A DNA stretch of 64,000 nucleotides from a bacterium (lineage in GTDB: Bacteria; UBA8248; JACPRG01; G963555815), in contig OZ244653.1 of assembly GCA_965218795.1 (NCBI GenBank), forward strand, positions 2,560,001 to 2,624,000, read 5' to 3'. The notes beneath the pieces are model-generated. The model was not told where the DNA came from. It made no database searches and was given only the letters and a program-made list of their open reading frames with translations. Below, in pieces: positions 30,891-41,247 of the stretch. Both the position numbers and the translations under genes were made by a program. Position 1 is the first letter of the stretch; every line of letters begins with the position of its first letter.

Positions 30891-31652
30891 TTACGTCATC
30901 ACGGCGCCGCCGTCGACGACAACGAGCTGACCGGTCATGAAGTCGCTGGCTGAAGAAGCCAGATAGAGCATCGTCCCCTGAACGTCACGGGGGAACTGGT
31001 CCCGCCTGAGACATCGCGTCGTTTGCGACCGCCCGGTCGCGTTTTCCAGAAACGGCTTCTCCATCTCCAGGACTTTCTCGCTCAGCGTAAACCCGGGGGC
31101 CAGGGTGTTCACAGTGATTCCAAAATCGCCCGTCTCCCGGGCCAGTGCGCGGGTCATCCCGTGGACGGCTCCTTTGGACGTCACATACTGAAGAAATCCG
31201 GAAATCCCCCTTTCCGCGGTCGGCGAGCCGATGTTGATAATCTTCCCGCTCCCCTGCTCCTTCATATGGGGGAAGACCGCCCGGCAAAGCAGAAAGATAC
31301 CCTTGACGTTGACGGCCATGACGCGGTCCCACTCATCGGCGGAGATTTCCCAAAACGGCTTGAAGGCGAGGTCCGCCCAGAGGGCCGCGTTGTTGACCAG
31401 GATGTCTACGCCCCCAAAGGCGCCGACGACCTCTTCCACCAGCCGCTGCACGGATCCCTCGTCCGACACGTCGATGTGAAATTCGGTGACTTGGCCGCCT
31501 TCGGCCTGGATCTCCCGCGCCGCAGGGGCGGCATCAATCAAATCCGCCATCGCCACCCGCGCGCCTTCGCCCGCCAGCGTCCTCGCATATTCCTTCCCGA
31601 TCCCGCGTCCCGCGCCCGTGACCAGGATCCGCGTTCCATCCAATTGACCCAT
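30891..31652 (-). CDS. Short-chain dehydrogenase/reductase
   Basis: TGAGRGIG, NNA, YVTSK, TGQLVVVDGG. Confidence 0.93.
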   Translation of the reverse strand: MGQLDGTRILVTGAGRGIGKEYARTLAGEGARVAMADLIDAAPAAREIQAEGGQVTEFHIDVSDEGSVQRLVEEVVGAFGGVDILVNNAALWADLAFKPFWEISADEWDRVMAVNVKGIFLLCRAVFPHMKEQGSGKIINIGSPTAERGISGFLQYVTSKGAVHGMTRALARETGDFGITVNTLAPGFTLSEKVLEMEKPFLENATGRSQTTRCLRRDQFPRDVQGTMLYLASSASDFMTGQLVVVDGGAVMT

Positions 31653-31711
31653 TGACGCCCCCAACCCAGTTCAAGCGTACAAGATTCGACGAGAGGGATC
31701 CGGTCTGCCGA

Positions 31712-32587
31712 TCACCGGAAGAAATAGTCGGACTCCGGAACCTCCCGCTCTCGTGTGAGGAGGCGCCTCTGATCCTCAGCGCTCGGCACGGCGATGGTCG
31801 CGAGGTAATCCCGAGTGAAAACATTGACCAGACTTTTCGCATCCCGTCGCACTTCACTGCGCACGGAGGCATATAACTGATTGAAATCCAGGGCCATCAG
31901 CCGTGCGCGGATGACCTGGAACTCGCCGATATGATAGGGAACCTGCCGTGGGGTGTTCTTCCAGGCTGTCAATTCGCCCGTGCTCGGCGACACCATAATC
32001 GTGTCGCCGGTGAAGAGAATCCCTTCGTGCCGCTGATAGAGAAGACAAAGACCGCCTTCAAACTGAGCGGGGATGTGGTGAATCTCCAGTTCTCCGTCGA
32101 GTTTCAAAACGTCTGCATCGAAGAGCTCGACGTTCGGGTACCCCACCGGCCAATCCCTGTCCGTTCCATGGATTCGGATGGGCGCGCGGAAGCGGTTCGA
32201 GAACTCGTCCATCGCCCCATAATAGTGCGGATGGGAGAGGATGACGGTCCGGATCCCTCCCTTCGAGGCGACCCAGTCCTCCAGATCCGCGGTGAGCAGG
32301 GGTTGCATGTCCATCAGGACATTCCCGTCAGGCCGCTCGATGAAGTACGCAAAGTGCCGAATTCCCAAGATCGGCTCGATGGAAAAACGCCAAACGTCCT
32401 CCTCCAGTTGGAGGATGTCGGTTTGATGATGAAGGCGGACATCATCGGGACGTACGAACCGGTCCCGGTCGGTCAATGGATCCGGAACAAATCGATTCGC
32501 GCACGTGAGGCACTCGGGCGGCTGGTCCGGGCCGACAAAAGTCCGGTTTCCGCAATACGTACAAATGAGTGGGATTACAGACATCAT
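31712..32587 (-). CDS. MBL-fold metallo-hydrolase with N-terminal Cys motif
   Basis: CTYC...CLTC, SHPHYYG, LFTGD. Confidence 0.8.
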   Translation of the reverse strand: MMSVIPLICTYCGNRTFVGPDQPPECLTCANRFVPDPLTDRDRFVRPDDVRLHHQTDILQLEEDVWRFSIEPILGIRHFAYFIERPDGNVLMDMQPLLTADLEDWVASKGGIRTVILSHPHYYGAMDEFSNRFRAPIRIHGTDRDWPVGYPNVELFDADVLKLDGELEIHHIPAQFEGGLCLLYQRHEGILFTGDTIMVSPSTGELTAWKNTPRQVPYHIGEFQVIRARLMALDFNQLYASVRSEVRRDAKSLVNVFTRDYLATIAVPSAEDQRRLLTREREVPESDYFFR

Positions 32588-32626
32588 TCAGCTATGTGAA
32601 AAGCGGTGAAGCGGTCCTTGCGGACG

Positions 32627-34618
32627 TCAAACACCGGCCGCGGCCCTCTCCGGCCGTCCGCGCCCGTGGCGAGACCATTGAACCAGGAAGAGCCCTCCTC
32701 CCACAACGGCCCCGGGAATCTGCCAGTATAGATTGGGCCCGATCATACCAATACCCGCGGCCAAGAACAGGATACGCCGGATGGGGTCCAGATGGACAAA
32801 GGCGAAGTTTTGAATCGCCATGGACATGGATATCACTCCGCCCAGAGCAAACACAATTCCGAACGCCACCTTTCCGACCGATCCGATCAAAAGAAGCGAC
32901 GGATCGACGACAAACATATAGGGCAGGAGGAAAGCGGGGAGCGCGAGCTTCATCGCTTCAATGGCCGTGGGCATGATGGGTGAGCGGGCAATGGCCGCGG
33001 CCGCGTAACTGGTGGGGGCGGTCGGAGGCGTGATCGCCGAAAATGCGCTGAAGAAGATAACAAAGAGGTGAGCCTGCGGAATCAGAATGTTTTCCGGCAA
33101 ACCCAGACTCTTCATCATCGTAATGAGGGCCGGGATCGCGATGCCGACCTGGATGATGTACGCCGAGGAGAGGGGCAGACCCATCCCCAGCACGATCGCG
33201 GTCAGCATGCAGAGAACCAGCGCGGCGAACAGGTTTCCGCCCGCGATATCGACTAACAGGCTCGAGAATTTCACCGCGACTCCCGTCAAGTCGAATATCC
33301 CGACCATGATGCCGGAGGTGATGATTGCGACGGCAACGATCACCGCCTGAAGGCTTCCCTGAACCAGCGCGTCCCAGATGTTCCGGAGACCCATCCGGTT
33401 CTCCCGTTTCCAGACCTCCAGGATCTCCTCGCGAGTGAGCCGCCCCCCTTTCCTGACCGCGGCTATCACGATATGCATGACCGCCCAGGCCCAGCAGACC
33501 CCGATGATGCCGGTGATGCACCGGACCACCGCGAAACCCGGACTGAACCCCGCGACAAGCAGGTAAACGAGAATGATCAGCGGCAAAGCCAGGTATCCGC
33601 GACTGAGCATGATTCTTTTGAGGCTCGGCAGCTCCTCCTTCGGCACAACCGGAATTTTCTCTTTTACGGCATAGATATGAACCATGATTCCGACGCTGAG
33701 GAAGTAGAGAATCGCGGGGAGAACAATCAGCTTCATGACCCGAGCGTATGGAATCCCCGTGTATTCGGCCATGAGGAAACCTGCAGACGCCATGACGGGC
33801 GGCATGATCAGCCCGCCTGTGGAGGCCGCCGCCTCCACTGCACCCGCCATGTAATCCTTGAATCCGATTTTCTTCATCATGGGGATGCTGAAAGAGCCGG
33901 TGATGACGGCGTTCGCCGTGCTGCTGCCCGATATCGATCCCATCAGCCCGCTCGACAGAACAGCCACCTTCGCCGGTCCTCCCCGGAGGCGACCCGCCAC
34001 CGCCGTGGCAAAGTCGATGGTGAACTGGCCAAATCCCGATTTTTCCAGAAAGGCGCCGAACACGATAAACAAAAAGATGAACGTGGCGGAGATGGCTGTG
34101 GGGAGGGCGAACAGGCCGTCGGGAAGGAAGTACTGGTTATCGATCACGAGGGAGGCCGAATAGCCTCCGTGATGGAATAGCCAGGGCAGATAGGGTCCCA
34201 CGAAGGCATAAGCGAACACCAGAATGGCGAGGGCCATGAGCGGCCATCCGATCACCCGCCGGCAGCATTCCAGGACGACTGCGATGGCCCCGAACGCGAG
34301 GATCTTCTCGTAGACCGCGAAGGTATCGACATGTCCGATATGCTCGATGATCCAGTCGTAGTGATAGAAGATGTATCCCATCGTGGTCCACCAGAAGAGC
34401 AAGAGCAGGATGTCGTGCCAGTGGAGTTTGCTCGACACCCGCTTTTTGGTCACCGCGTACGTCATCAGCGCAATCGTAAACATGAAAGTGACATGGATGA
34501 CCCGGTGGAGATAGGCTTCGGGCTGGCCGAAGAACCCCGTCCAGATATGGTAGAGGGAGCTGGCGACGGCGATAAGGCTCAGGAGGATCCACGCGGGACC
34601 TTCAAGTTTTCTTTGCAC
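32627..34618 (-). CDS. TRAP transporter fused permease (4TM/12TM)
   Basis: GGPAKVAV, EAAASTGGLIMPPVM, LGMGLP, ITPP. Confidence 0.93.
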   Translation of the reverse strand: MQRKLEGPAWILLSLIAVASSLYHIWTGFFGQPEAYLHRVIHVTFMFTIALMTYAVTKKRVSSKLHWHDILLLLFWWTTMGYIFYHYDWIIEHIGHVDTFAVYEKILAFGAIAVVLECCRRVIGWPLMALAILVFAYAFVGPYLPWLFHHGGYSASLVIDNQYFLPDGLFALPTAISATFIFLFIVFGAFLEKSGFGQFTIDFATAVAGRLRGGPAKVAVLSSGLMGSISGSSTANAVITGSFSIPMMKKIGFKDYMAGAVEAAASTGGLIMPPVMASAGFLMAEYTGIPYARVMKLIVLPAILYFLSVGIMVHIYAVKEKIPVVPKEELPSLKRIMLSRGYLALPLIILVYLLVAGFSPGFAVVRCITGIIGVCWAWAVMHIVIAAVRKGGRLTREEILEVWKRENRMGLRNIWDALVQGSLQAVIVAVAIITSGIMVGIFDLTGVAVKFSSLLVDIAGGNLFAALVLCMLTAIVLGMGLPLSSAYIIQVGIAIPALITMMKSLGLPENILIPQAHLFVIFFSAFSAITPPTAPTSYAAAAIARSPIMPTAIEAMKLALPAFLLPYMFVVDPSLLLIGSVGKVAFGIVFALGGVISMSMAIQNFAFVHLDPIRRILFLAAGIGMIGPNLYWQIPGAVVGGGLFLVQWSRHGRGRPERAAAGV

Positions 34619-34779
34619 CTTCGGCTGCCTTATGGGAATCCAGAATTATTGAGAGCGCCGGGCCGCTATCGTGACCTGCTCATCGATTGATGTGCGGCAG
34701 ACCCCCATCCCGCTAACGTAACAGGCAATTGTCATAAAAACTCCCGCGAGTTTCGCAAATCCGGCACTCAACATCAACC

Positions 34780-34817
34780 AAAATAAAAGGGGACCGGCGC
34801 AGGTGCGCCGATCCCCT
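34780..34817 (-). terminator. Rho-independent terminator/attenuating hairpin after the TAXI gene
   Basis: Minus strand AGGGGATCGGCGC-ACCT-GCGCCGGTCCCCT followed by TTTATTTT. Confidence 0.7.
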
Positions 34818-34845
34818 CGCTGCCGAAGCGACTGCCCGGGGTTCT

Positions 34846-35802
34846 TTACAGAGCTCCGACCTCCTTCAGGTACTTCGTCAGGCCGGGATGACGCTTGGCG
34901 CCCAGGTCCTGCGCCGCGGCCTTGGCGTCCACCCTCTTGAAGTTCGGGTTGACCTTCCTCATGTAGTCGATGTTCTTATACATGGCCTTGGCCATTTTAT
35001 AGACCAGGTTGGTCGAAACCTTCGCGCTGGTGACGACGATCTGGTAGGTCTGTACGACCTGTACGTCTTTCGGCTGATCGTAAAACTGCTTTTCCAATGT
35101 CACCGGAACGAGGGCCGGCTGAACAGAGCGAATCTTCCGAACTGTGTCATTATCGAAGTTGAGAATCCGAATCGGCTTATGCGCCGCCAACTGGATGAGG
35201 GGAGCATACTGCCTCTCCCCGGGTCCCAGGTAAACGTCGATATGGCCGTCTTTCATCTGCGAAACCGCATCGTTGAAGCCCAGGTGCAACACCTTGGGAA
35301 AATCTTTGTAGGTCATTCCAAGGCCCTGGAGCATCTGCTTGTTCAACGCCTGGGCGGAAAACCGCTTGGGCATCGCATTGATCCGCTTTCCCTTGATTTG
35401 GGACCATTCAGTAATGCCGGAATCCGCCCAGACCGCCCAGACCATCATCTGGTTGTACTGAACCGCCGCGATTCTCAGGTCCTCGGTTTTCTTCCCCTTG
35501 AAGGGCCCTTTGTGCTTGAGAGCGTCGGCAACCGTCGAAGCAAAGGTCAGGCCCATCTGGATCTTGCCGCTTATCGAGTTCAGGGCGTTGGCCACGCCGC
35601 CGCCGATATCGAGCGTTACCTGGTCGCCGTAGTCGTCCTTCATCAGCTTCTGGATGGCGGTTCCGATGGGATACCAGGCGCCGCCGGGCTTCGAGACGCC
35701 GAACTTGAAGCTCTCCGCAGAAGCCGACGGAACCGTCCCGACCGCTCCGAGGAGAAGCGCCGCACAGAATGCGGCCAGACCGATTTTGAAAAACCTTCTC
35801 AT
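34846..35802 (-). CDS. TAXI family TRAP solute-binding protein
   Basis: Signal peptide ending ASA, GGAWYPIG, GGGVAN, MKDGHID, HPG..KY. Confidence 0.9.
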   Translation of the reverse strand: MRRFFKIGLAAFCAALLLGAVGTVPSASAESFKFGVSKPGGAWYPIGTAIQKLMKDDYGDQVTLDIGGGVANALNSISGKIQMGLTFASTVADALKHKGPFKGKKTEDLRIAAVQYNQMMVWAVWADSGITEWSQIKGKRINAMPKRFSAQALNKQMLQGLGMTYKDFPKVLHLGFNDAVSQMKDGHIDVYLGPGERQYAPLIQLAAHKPIRILNFDNDTVRKIRSVQPALVPVTLEKQFYDQPKDVQVVQTYQIVVTSAKVSTNLVYKMAKAMYKNIDYMRKVNPNFKRVDAKAAAQDLGAKRHPGLTKYLKEVGAL

Positions 35803-35839
35803 TTTTCTCTCTCCTTCTTTCCCGTCATGGGTATGCACC

Positions 35840-37306
35840 TCAAACAACGGCCTTCTGTTGTTTCAAATCCTCGAAAAGCTCCTGATATTTCTCCCGCGTG
35901 GCATTTCGCACTTCATCGGAGACCCGGTTCATCAATGGATAATCCTTGTACCACTGGTAGTTTTTGCAGGCGTTGATGATGACCTTGGAATTCAGGTGGG
36001 TCTCGGGCCCCATTTTCAACCGGACGTCCGGCGGAATACTGGGGTCCAGGGAAGAACCCCAGGTCTCCTTGATGACGTCCATCGAGACATCGGGATTACA
36101 GCGGGTGACCACGGCCCACATCACGTCCTCCAGGCTCGTGATGTCAATATCGTCGTCGACCACGATGACGTACTTGATAAAGTAGGCCGTGCCCCTGGCG
36201 CCGGCGGCGACGAGTCCCGCCGACTTCGCGTGGCCCGCAAACCGCTGCCGGATGGAGACCACTGTCATGAGACGGCTCACCGGCTGCCAGACCCCCATGA
36301 CATCGGGAATTCCGGCCTTCTCCAACGCATCCCAGGTATCGGCCGCGAGCAGCGGAATTCCGGTGTAGGGACCGACCGGGGGCTTTAAGGGCGGAACCCC
36401 GAAGATGATCGGATCGTTCCGGTGGTAAATGGCGTCAATCTTCACGACGGGCTGGGGATGGGGGCCACCCGCATAGTAGCCCGTAAACTCGCCGAAGGGG
36501 CCCTCCATGCAATGCTCCACGTCCATGGGGGGAATATGCCCCTCCACGACGATCTCGGAGGTCGCAGGGAAGGGAAGTCCCGTCACGGGTCCTTCCACGA
36601 CCTTCAGCGGCTCTCCCCGCAGGTGACCGATGTAATTGAACTCGCTCTGGCCGTAGGGGAAGAAAAACCCGGCTGGAATCCAGGTCAGCGGGTCCTGGCC
36701 GAAGCTGATGGCCACCGGCACGCTCTCTCCCCGGGAGTGGGCCTTTTCCAGGAAGATGGCCGGCGTCTTGCCCGGAAGCGGCAGGATGCCGATGGTATCT
36801 TTTTTAAACACCATGTTCCGCTGGGTCGCGATGTTGATCCAGCCTTCATCGGGGTCTTTCATCACGACCATGTTTCCCGTCCCGATAAAGCGCCCCGGAT
36901 CGTTCTCATGCCATCGGGGAGAAGGGAATTTCAGGATATCGATATCGTCCCCTCGCAAAATGTTTTCGAACACGGGGCCGTCGGAGACGACCTTTGGGGG
37001 GACGGGTTCGTAGGCGGCCACCTTATCCTTCCAATACCGGAGGGCTTCCAGCGGCGGTGTGTCCGGATCGAGACCAAGCGCCAGGGCGTTGCGCCTGACG
37101 TTGGTCAGGATATTCGAAAGAACACGGTATCCCTTCTCGTGCCCTTTGACTTCGTCGAACAACAGGGCGGGGTGAGACTTGAGGTCGTCTTCAGCGATCA
37201 TCTCCGTCAGGGCCCCGATGTCCAGATCCCAATCGGCCCCGTCAATTCGATGAAGCTCGCCGATCCGTTCCACTTCGTTGATGAATTCTCGGAGGTCGTT
37301 AAACAT
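35840..37306 (-). CDS. UbiD family (prFMN-dependent) decarboxylase
   Basis: DLREFI, PALLF, EIVVEG, EGPFGEFTGYY, VIVVDDDID. Confidence 0.92.
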   Translation of the reverse strand: MFNDLREFINEVERIGELHRIDGADWDLDIGALTEMIAEDDLKSHPALLFDEVKGHEKGYRVLSNILTNVRRNALALGLDPDTPPLEALRYWKDKVAAYEPVPPKVVSDGPVFENILRGDDIDILKFPSPRWHENDPGRFIGTGNMVVMKDPDEGWINIATQRNMVFKKDTIGILPLPGKTPAIFLEKAHSRGESVPVAISFGQDPLTWIPAGFFFPYGQSEFNYIGHLRGEPLKVVEGPVTGLPFPATSEIVVEGHIPPMDVEHCMEGPFGEFTGYYAGGPHPQPVVKIDAIYHRNDPIIFGVPPLKPPVGPYTGIPLLAADTWDALEKAGIPDVMGVWQPVSRLMTVVSIRQRFAGHAKSAGLVAAGARGTAYFIKYVIVVDDDIDITSLEDVMWAVVTRCNPDVSMDVIKETWGSSLDPSIPPDVRLKMGPETHLNSKVIINACKNYQWYKDYPLMNRVSDEVRNATREKYQELFEDLKQQKAVV

Positions 37307-37417
37307 CACTTCATGACACCCCACATTCAAATATGTCAGTCAACCTGCAGACCCCTTCAGGGCGTGCCCCGCAGCTCGAAACCTTCCGGATTCAAAACTT
37401 CGAGGGCGAAGACTGGT

Positions 37418-37426
37418 ATTATAACA
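37418..37426 (-). promoter_or_regulatory. Extended -10 promoter element
   Basis: TGTTATAAT on the minus strand about 110 bp upstream of the ubiD-like gene at 37306. Confidence 0.45.
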
Positions 37427-37537
37427 AAAATTTCCGCTTACCGCCCAGGATCGGATCAGACGCCGGAACTCAACCGAACCGGTGAGTATCGGCGTACATC
37501 CGACTGTCCCCTCCACAGCCAACCAGGCCTCATTCCG

Positions 37538-38959
37538 TCATGCCGTTACACCGCGGCTCATCCTGGCCGATACATCGAGGTCTTTTAGAGAGATCGTACC
37601 CTGGCCCTGGGGAACTGTTCGCTCCAGATTCTCTCGTTCCTTCATCCTGAAGGTCGACGGTCGGCATGCGTCGATTCCGACCTTTCCCGCCACACGCTGC
37701 CATCGATGCCCCGGCGGGGCGATCTGAGGGAGGGCCACATCCATGGGATGGTTCCGGGTCCCCTGGATGACATGAAGATCAACAGCCGGGTCAAAGCGTG
37801 TCCCAAGCGCCCAAATAACCTCTTCCGGCTGATGGATGTCCACATCTTCGTCGACCGCTATCGCGACCTTCGGATGAAGGTACGCACTGCCCAAGGCGCC
37901 CATCAGGACATTCACGACTTCTCCCTCGTAGTGTGGAGTCATTCGGACCAGGATGACGAATTGGCCGCCGCAAGGAGCGCAATGGACGTCATGGACATCG
38001 GCATAGCCCCCCACCTCGCGGAGCCGCTCGTAGAGGTGGGCCTCCATCGGAAGACCGTTAAGGGACTGGTGCTCGACGAAGTTCGTGGATTGGCAATGAC
38101 GATAGATGGCGTCGCTTCGCATCGTGATGGCGGTCACCTCGAACACCGGATTGTCCCCCGTTCCTGACGCATACGAGCACTGAAACTCTCCGAAAGGACC
38201 TTCAGGTTTTCTGAGACCGGCCAGCAGTTTGCCCTCGATCACGATTTCCGCGCTCGCCGGAGCCACAAGGTCCACCGTTTCGCAGCGGACCATCGGGACC
38301 GGAGTCTCCAGGAGAGCGCCCGCCAGCTCGAATTCGTCAACACCATAGGGGACGGTCCAGTTGGTGGCCACGTCCACCAGCGGATGATGACCGATGGGGA
38401 CGGCCATCGGCATATCCTGACCCGCCGCCTCGTACTGCTCGAAGTGGCGGTAGGTGTGACGGGGAACCAGAAGCATCCCGGTATGATTGCGGTCCCGGAC
38501 CTCCATGCGGAGCATGGCGAGGTTCCCGATTCCGGTCTCCAGGTCACGCGTGTAATTCATGCCGGCGCCGATTGTGATGTTTCCGTCTTTCTCGGAATGC
38601 TTGATGATCGGGAGCCGGCCGAGGTCGACGTCATCTCCGGTCCGGACGATTTCCTTGCAGGGACCGTCATCCACAATCTCAAAAGGCACGAGACCCTTCC
38701 GGTACCGCCGAACCAACTCGGGCACGACGTCCTTTGGTTCGCACCCAAGCGCGAGGGCCTGGGCCCTTCGCCGGGTCAGCAGTTCACCGCAAACCCGCCA
38801 GTCGTCAAACCCCTTGATGCTCTCAAACAGGATGGGTCGGTCGGTCTGATCAAAAAGGGTCCCCATTTCCGTCGCGGGGTCCACAGGCGAGTGAATCACA
38901 TTCAGGAAATCGTCGGCTTCGAGCTCTTTCAGAAACGTCCTCAGATCCTTGTCCGGCAT
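37538..38959 (-). CDS. UbiD family decarboxylase, second paralog
   Basis: DLRTFL, EIVIEG, EGPFGEF, IAVDEDVD, KVGIDA. Confidence 0.92.
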   Translation of the reverse strand: MPDKDLRTFLKELEADDFLNVIHSPVDPATEMGTLFDQTDRPILFESIKGFDDWRVCGELLTRRRAQALALGCEPKDVVPELVRRYRKGLVPFEIVDDGPCKEIVRTGDDVDLGRLPIIKHSEKDGNITIGAGMNYTRDLETGIGNLAMLRMEVRDRNHTGMLLVPRHTYRHFEQYEAAGQDMPMAVPIGHHPLVDVATNWTVPYGVDEFELAGALLETPVPMVRCETVDLVAPASAEIVIEGKLLAGLRKPEGPFGEFQCSYASGTGDNPVFEVTAITMRSDAIYRHCQSTNFVEHQSLNGLPMEAHLYERLREVGGYADVHDVHCAPCGGQFVILVRMTPHYEGEVVNVLMGALGSAYLHPKVAIAVDEDVDIHQPEEVIWALGTRFDPAVDLHVIQGTRNHPMDVALPQIAPPGHRWQRVAGKVGIDACRPSTFRMKERENLERTVPQGQGTISLKDLDVSARMSRGVTA

Positions 38960-39762
38960 GGCTTTCGCTTTCGGGTGGGTTCGGGCTTCACGGGCGATCT
39001 CCAAATTGATGGATGCTCTCCCTCCCGGCTTATTCCCTCCGGCCTTTCAGGTGCACGATTCCCCCGCGCAGGATGTGGATGACCTTTCCGGATTCGTATG
39101 GGAAGACGGCTTATTCTGTCACATCCGAAATTTTGTTTTCCAGGACGATTGGTTTCCCGGCGGGCGGAGGTTTTCGGCTCCACTGAATTCTTGCCCCCTA
39201 CGGTGAATCCACATTGAATCCATAGGACCATTCTGATAGATTTCGATGATCGTGAGCGGGTCGGCTTGTCCATTCACCCAATCCCCTTGTGAACCAGACG
39301 GATTCCGCGCGTGACCTGACCCACGGGCGAAACACCTGCGTCGTACCGAAATCCCGGACCGGAGGTCTTCGCCGCGGAGCTCCCGGCGCCCTTGCGCTCC
39401 GAAGACCTGTCCCGAACTATCGCGGACGAAGCCGCGGTTACCTTCCGGGAAGAATCTCACCCCCGGGACTTGCTTGAAGGGGTAGAGACCACCTACGAAG
39501 GGCTCTTCCGCGGTGAAACGGAAGATTTGCCGGAGGGTGCGGGGGGGAACACATCGTGTTGGCTCTACGCACTTTCTTGCCTGCTCATCAAGCTGTCGGA
39601 TGGACATGCGCCAAAGACGCCAATTCAGAGAAAAATCCTCATCCGCGAAATGGCCGGCACGCAAGTACCCAAAAAGCGCATTCCGCTTTCAAACCCAAAA
39701 CACTCTTTTGAATTCAAGCGCTTCTCGCTTGGACTGATAGCAAGCGGCAAGGGGCAGCTCAC

Positions 39763-41190
39763 ATGTCGAAAGTTCTTCTCATCGGGCTCGATTGTGCCGA
39801 ACCGAGTCTGGTGTTCGATCAATGGGTCCGGGAGCTTCCCAACCTCCGGCGGCTCATGGTCTCGGGGGTCTACGGCCGTCTCCGAAGCTGCGATCCTCCG
39901 ATTACCGTCCCTGCCTGGGCCTGTATGATGACCAGCCGTGACCCCGGTGAACTGGGCGTTTACGGGTTCCGCAACCGCAAGTCCCACGATTACGGCGCCT
40001 TGGGGATCGCGTCGTCCCTCAGCATTCAACAGGACAAGGTCTGGGATATCCTGGGAAACGCGAACCGCGACGTCGTGGTCGTGGGGGTTCCGCCCTCTTA
40101 TCCGGTGCGGCCGGTCCACGGCAGCCTGATATCCTGTTTTCTGGCGCCGGGTCCCGACAGCCCGCACACGCATCCCCCGGAACTTCAGGCGGAAATCAAG
40201 GAACTTGTCGGCGAATACCTGTTCGACATCGAAGGATTTCGCACCGACGACAAGCCCGCGCTGTTGGAACGGATCTATGACATGACCCGCAAGCGGTTTC
40301 GCGTGGTCCGCCATCTGATGCAGACCAAACCCTGGGACTTTTTCATGTTCGTCGAAATGGGGACCGACCGAATCCACCACGGGTTCTGGAAGTTCCACGA
40401 TCCCGATCACATCAAGTACGAACGCGGCAATCCCTACGAAAACGCCATCCGGGACTATTACCGATACCTGGACGGAGAGATCGGTGAGCTCCTCTCCTGC
40501 GTCGGCGACGACACCACCGTCCTGGTGGTGTCCGATCACGGAGCCAAGAGAATGGAAGGCGGCATCTGCATCAACGAATGGCTGATGAACGAGAAATATC
40601 TTCGGGTGAAAAGCTATCCCAACCAGTTGACCTCTCCCGCCCAGCTGGAATTCGACTGGGAGCGGACGATGGCCTGGGGTGAAGGCGGGTACTACGGGAG
40701 GATTTATTTGAACGTGAGGGGACGAGAGCCGATGGGCATCGTCCCCAGCTACGATGTCCCGAGGTTCTGCGCCGAGTTGAAGGCGGGCCTGGAGGAGATG
40801 AAAGATGAATCCGGGAACCCGTTGGGGACCCGCGTCCTTTTCCCCCGTGAGTTGTATCGCGAGGTCCGGGGGGCCGCGCCCGACCTCATCACCTACTTCG
40901 GGAATCTGGACTGGCGATCCGTCGGCACGATGGGGCACCGGTCCATCCATACCCGTGAAAACGACACCGGCCCGGACGATGCCAACCACGACACCCACGG
41001 GATCTTCATCATGTCCCGAAAGCACAAATGGGAGGAAGCGTCGGAAGACGACGCGCCCGGCGCGCCACTCTCCGGGTTGACCTTGTACGATATCGCCCCC
41101 ACGTTGCTGCGCCTGTACGGCCTTCCCGTGCCGGAGGAAATGCAGGGCCGCCCCATACCGGAAGTCGAGGACCTGCCGTTCTTCGGATGA
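39763..41190 (+). CDS. Alkaline phosphatase superfamily / type I phosphodiesterase-nucleotide pyrophosphatase
   Basis: LIGLDC, PPITVPAW, DRIHH, VSDHG, DIAPT. Confidence 0.88.
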   Translation: MSKVLLIGLDCAEPSLVFDQWVRELPNLRRLMVSGVYGRLRSCDPPITVPAWACMMTSRDPGELGVYGFRNRKSHDYGALGIASSLSIQQDKVWDILGNANRDVVVVGVPPSYPVRPVHGSLISCFLAPGPDSPHTHPPELQAEIKELVGEYLFDIEGFRTDDKPALLERIYDMTRKRFRVVRHLMQTKPWDFFMFVEMGTDRIHHGFWKFHDPDHIKYERGNPYENAIRDYYRYLDGEIGELLSCVGDDTTVLVVSDHGAKRMEGGICINEWLMNEKYLRVKSYPNQLTSPAQLEFDWERTMAWGEGGYYGRIYLNVRGREPMGIVPSYDVPRFCAELKAGLEEMKDESGNPLGTRVLFPRELYREVRGAAPDLITYFGNLDWRSVGTMGHRSIHTRENDTGPDDANHDTHGIFIMSRKHKWEEASEDDAPGAPLSGLTLYDIAPTLLRLYGLPVPEEMQGRPIPEVEDLPFFG

Positions 41191-41247
41191 AACGCACGGA
41201 GGGTCTCAGCCCGTGTGGAGGAAGGCCTCCCGGCCGGATGATCTCGC

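Noticed and set aside
39005-39762. Long gap between divergent genes with ORFs 39119-39664 and 39392-39928
   Set aside because: No recognisable protein or RNA motif. Treated as intergenic.
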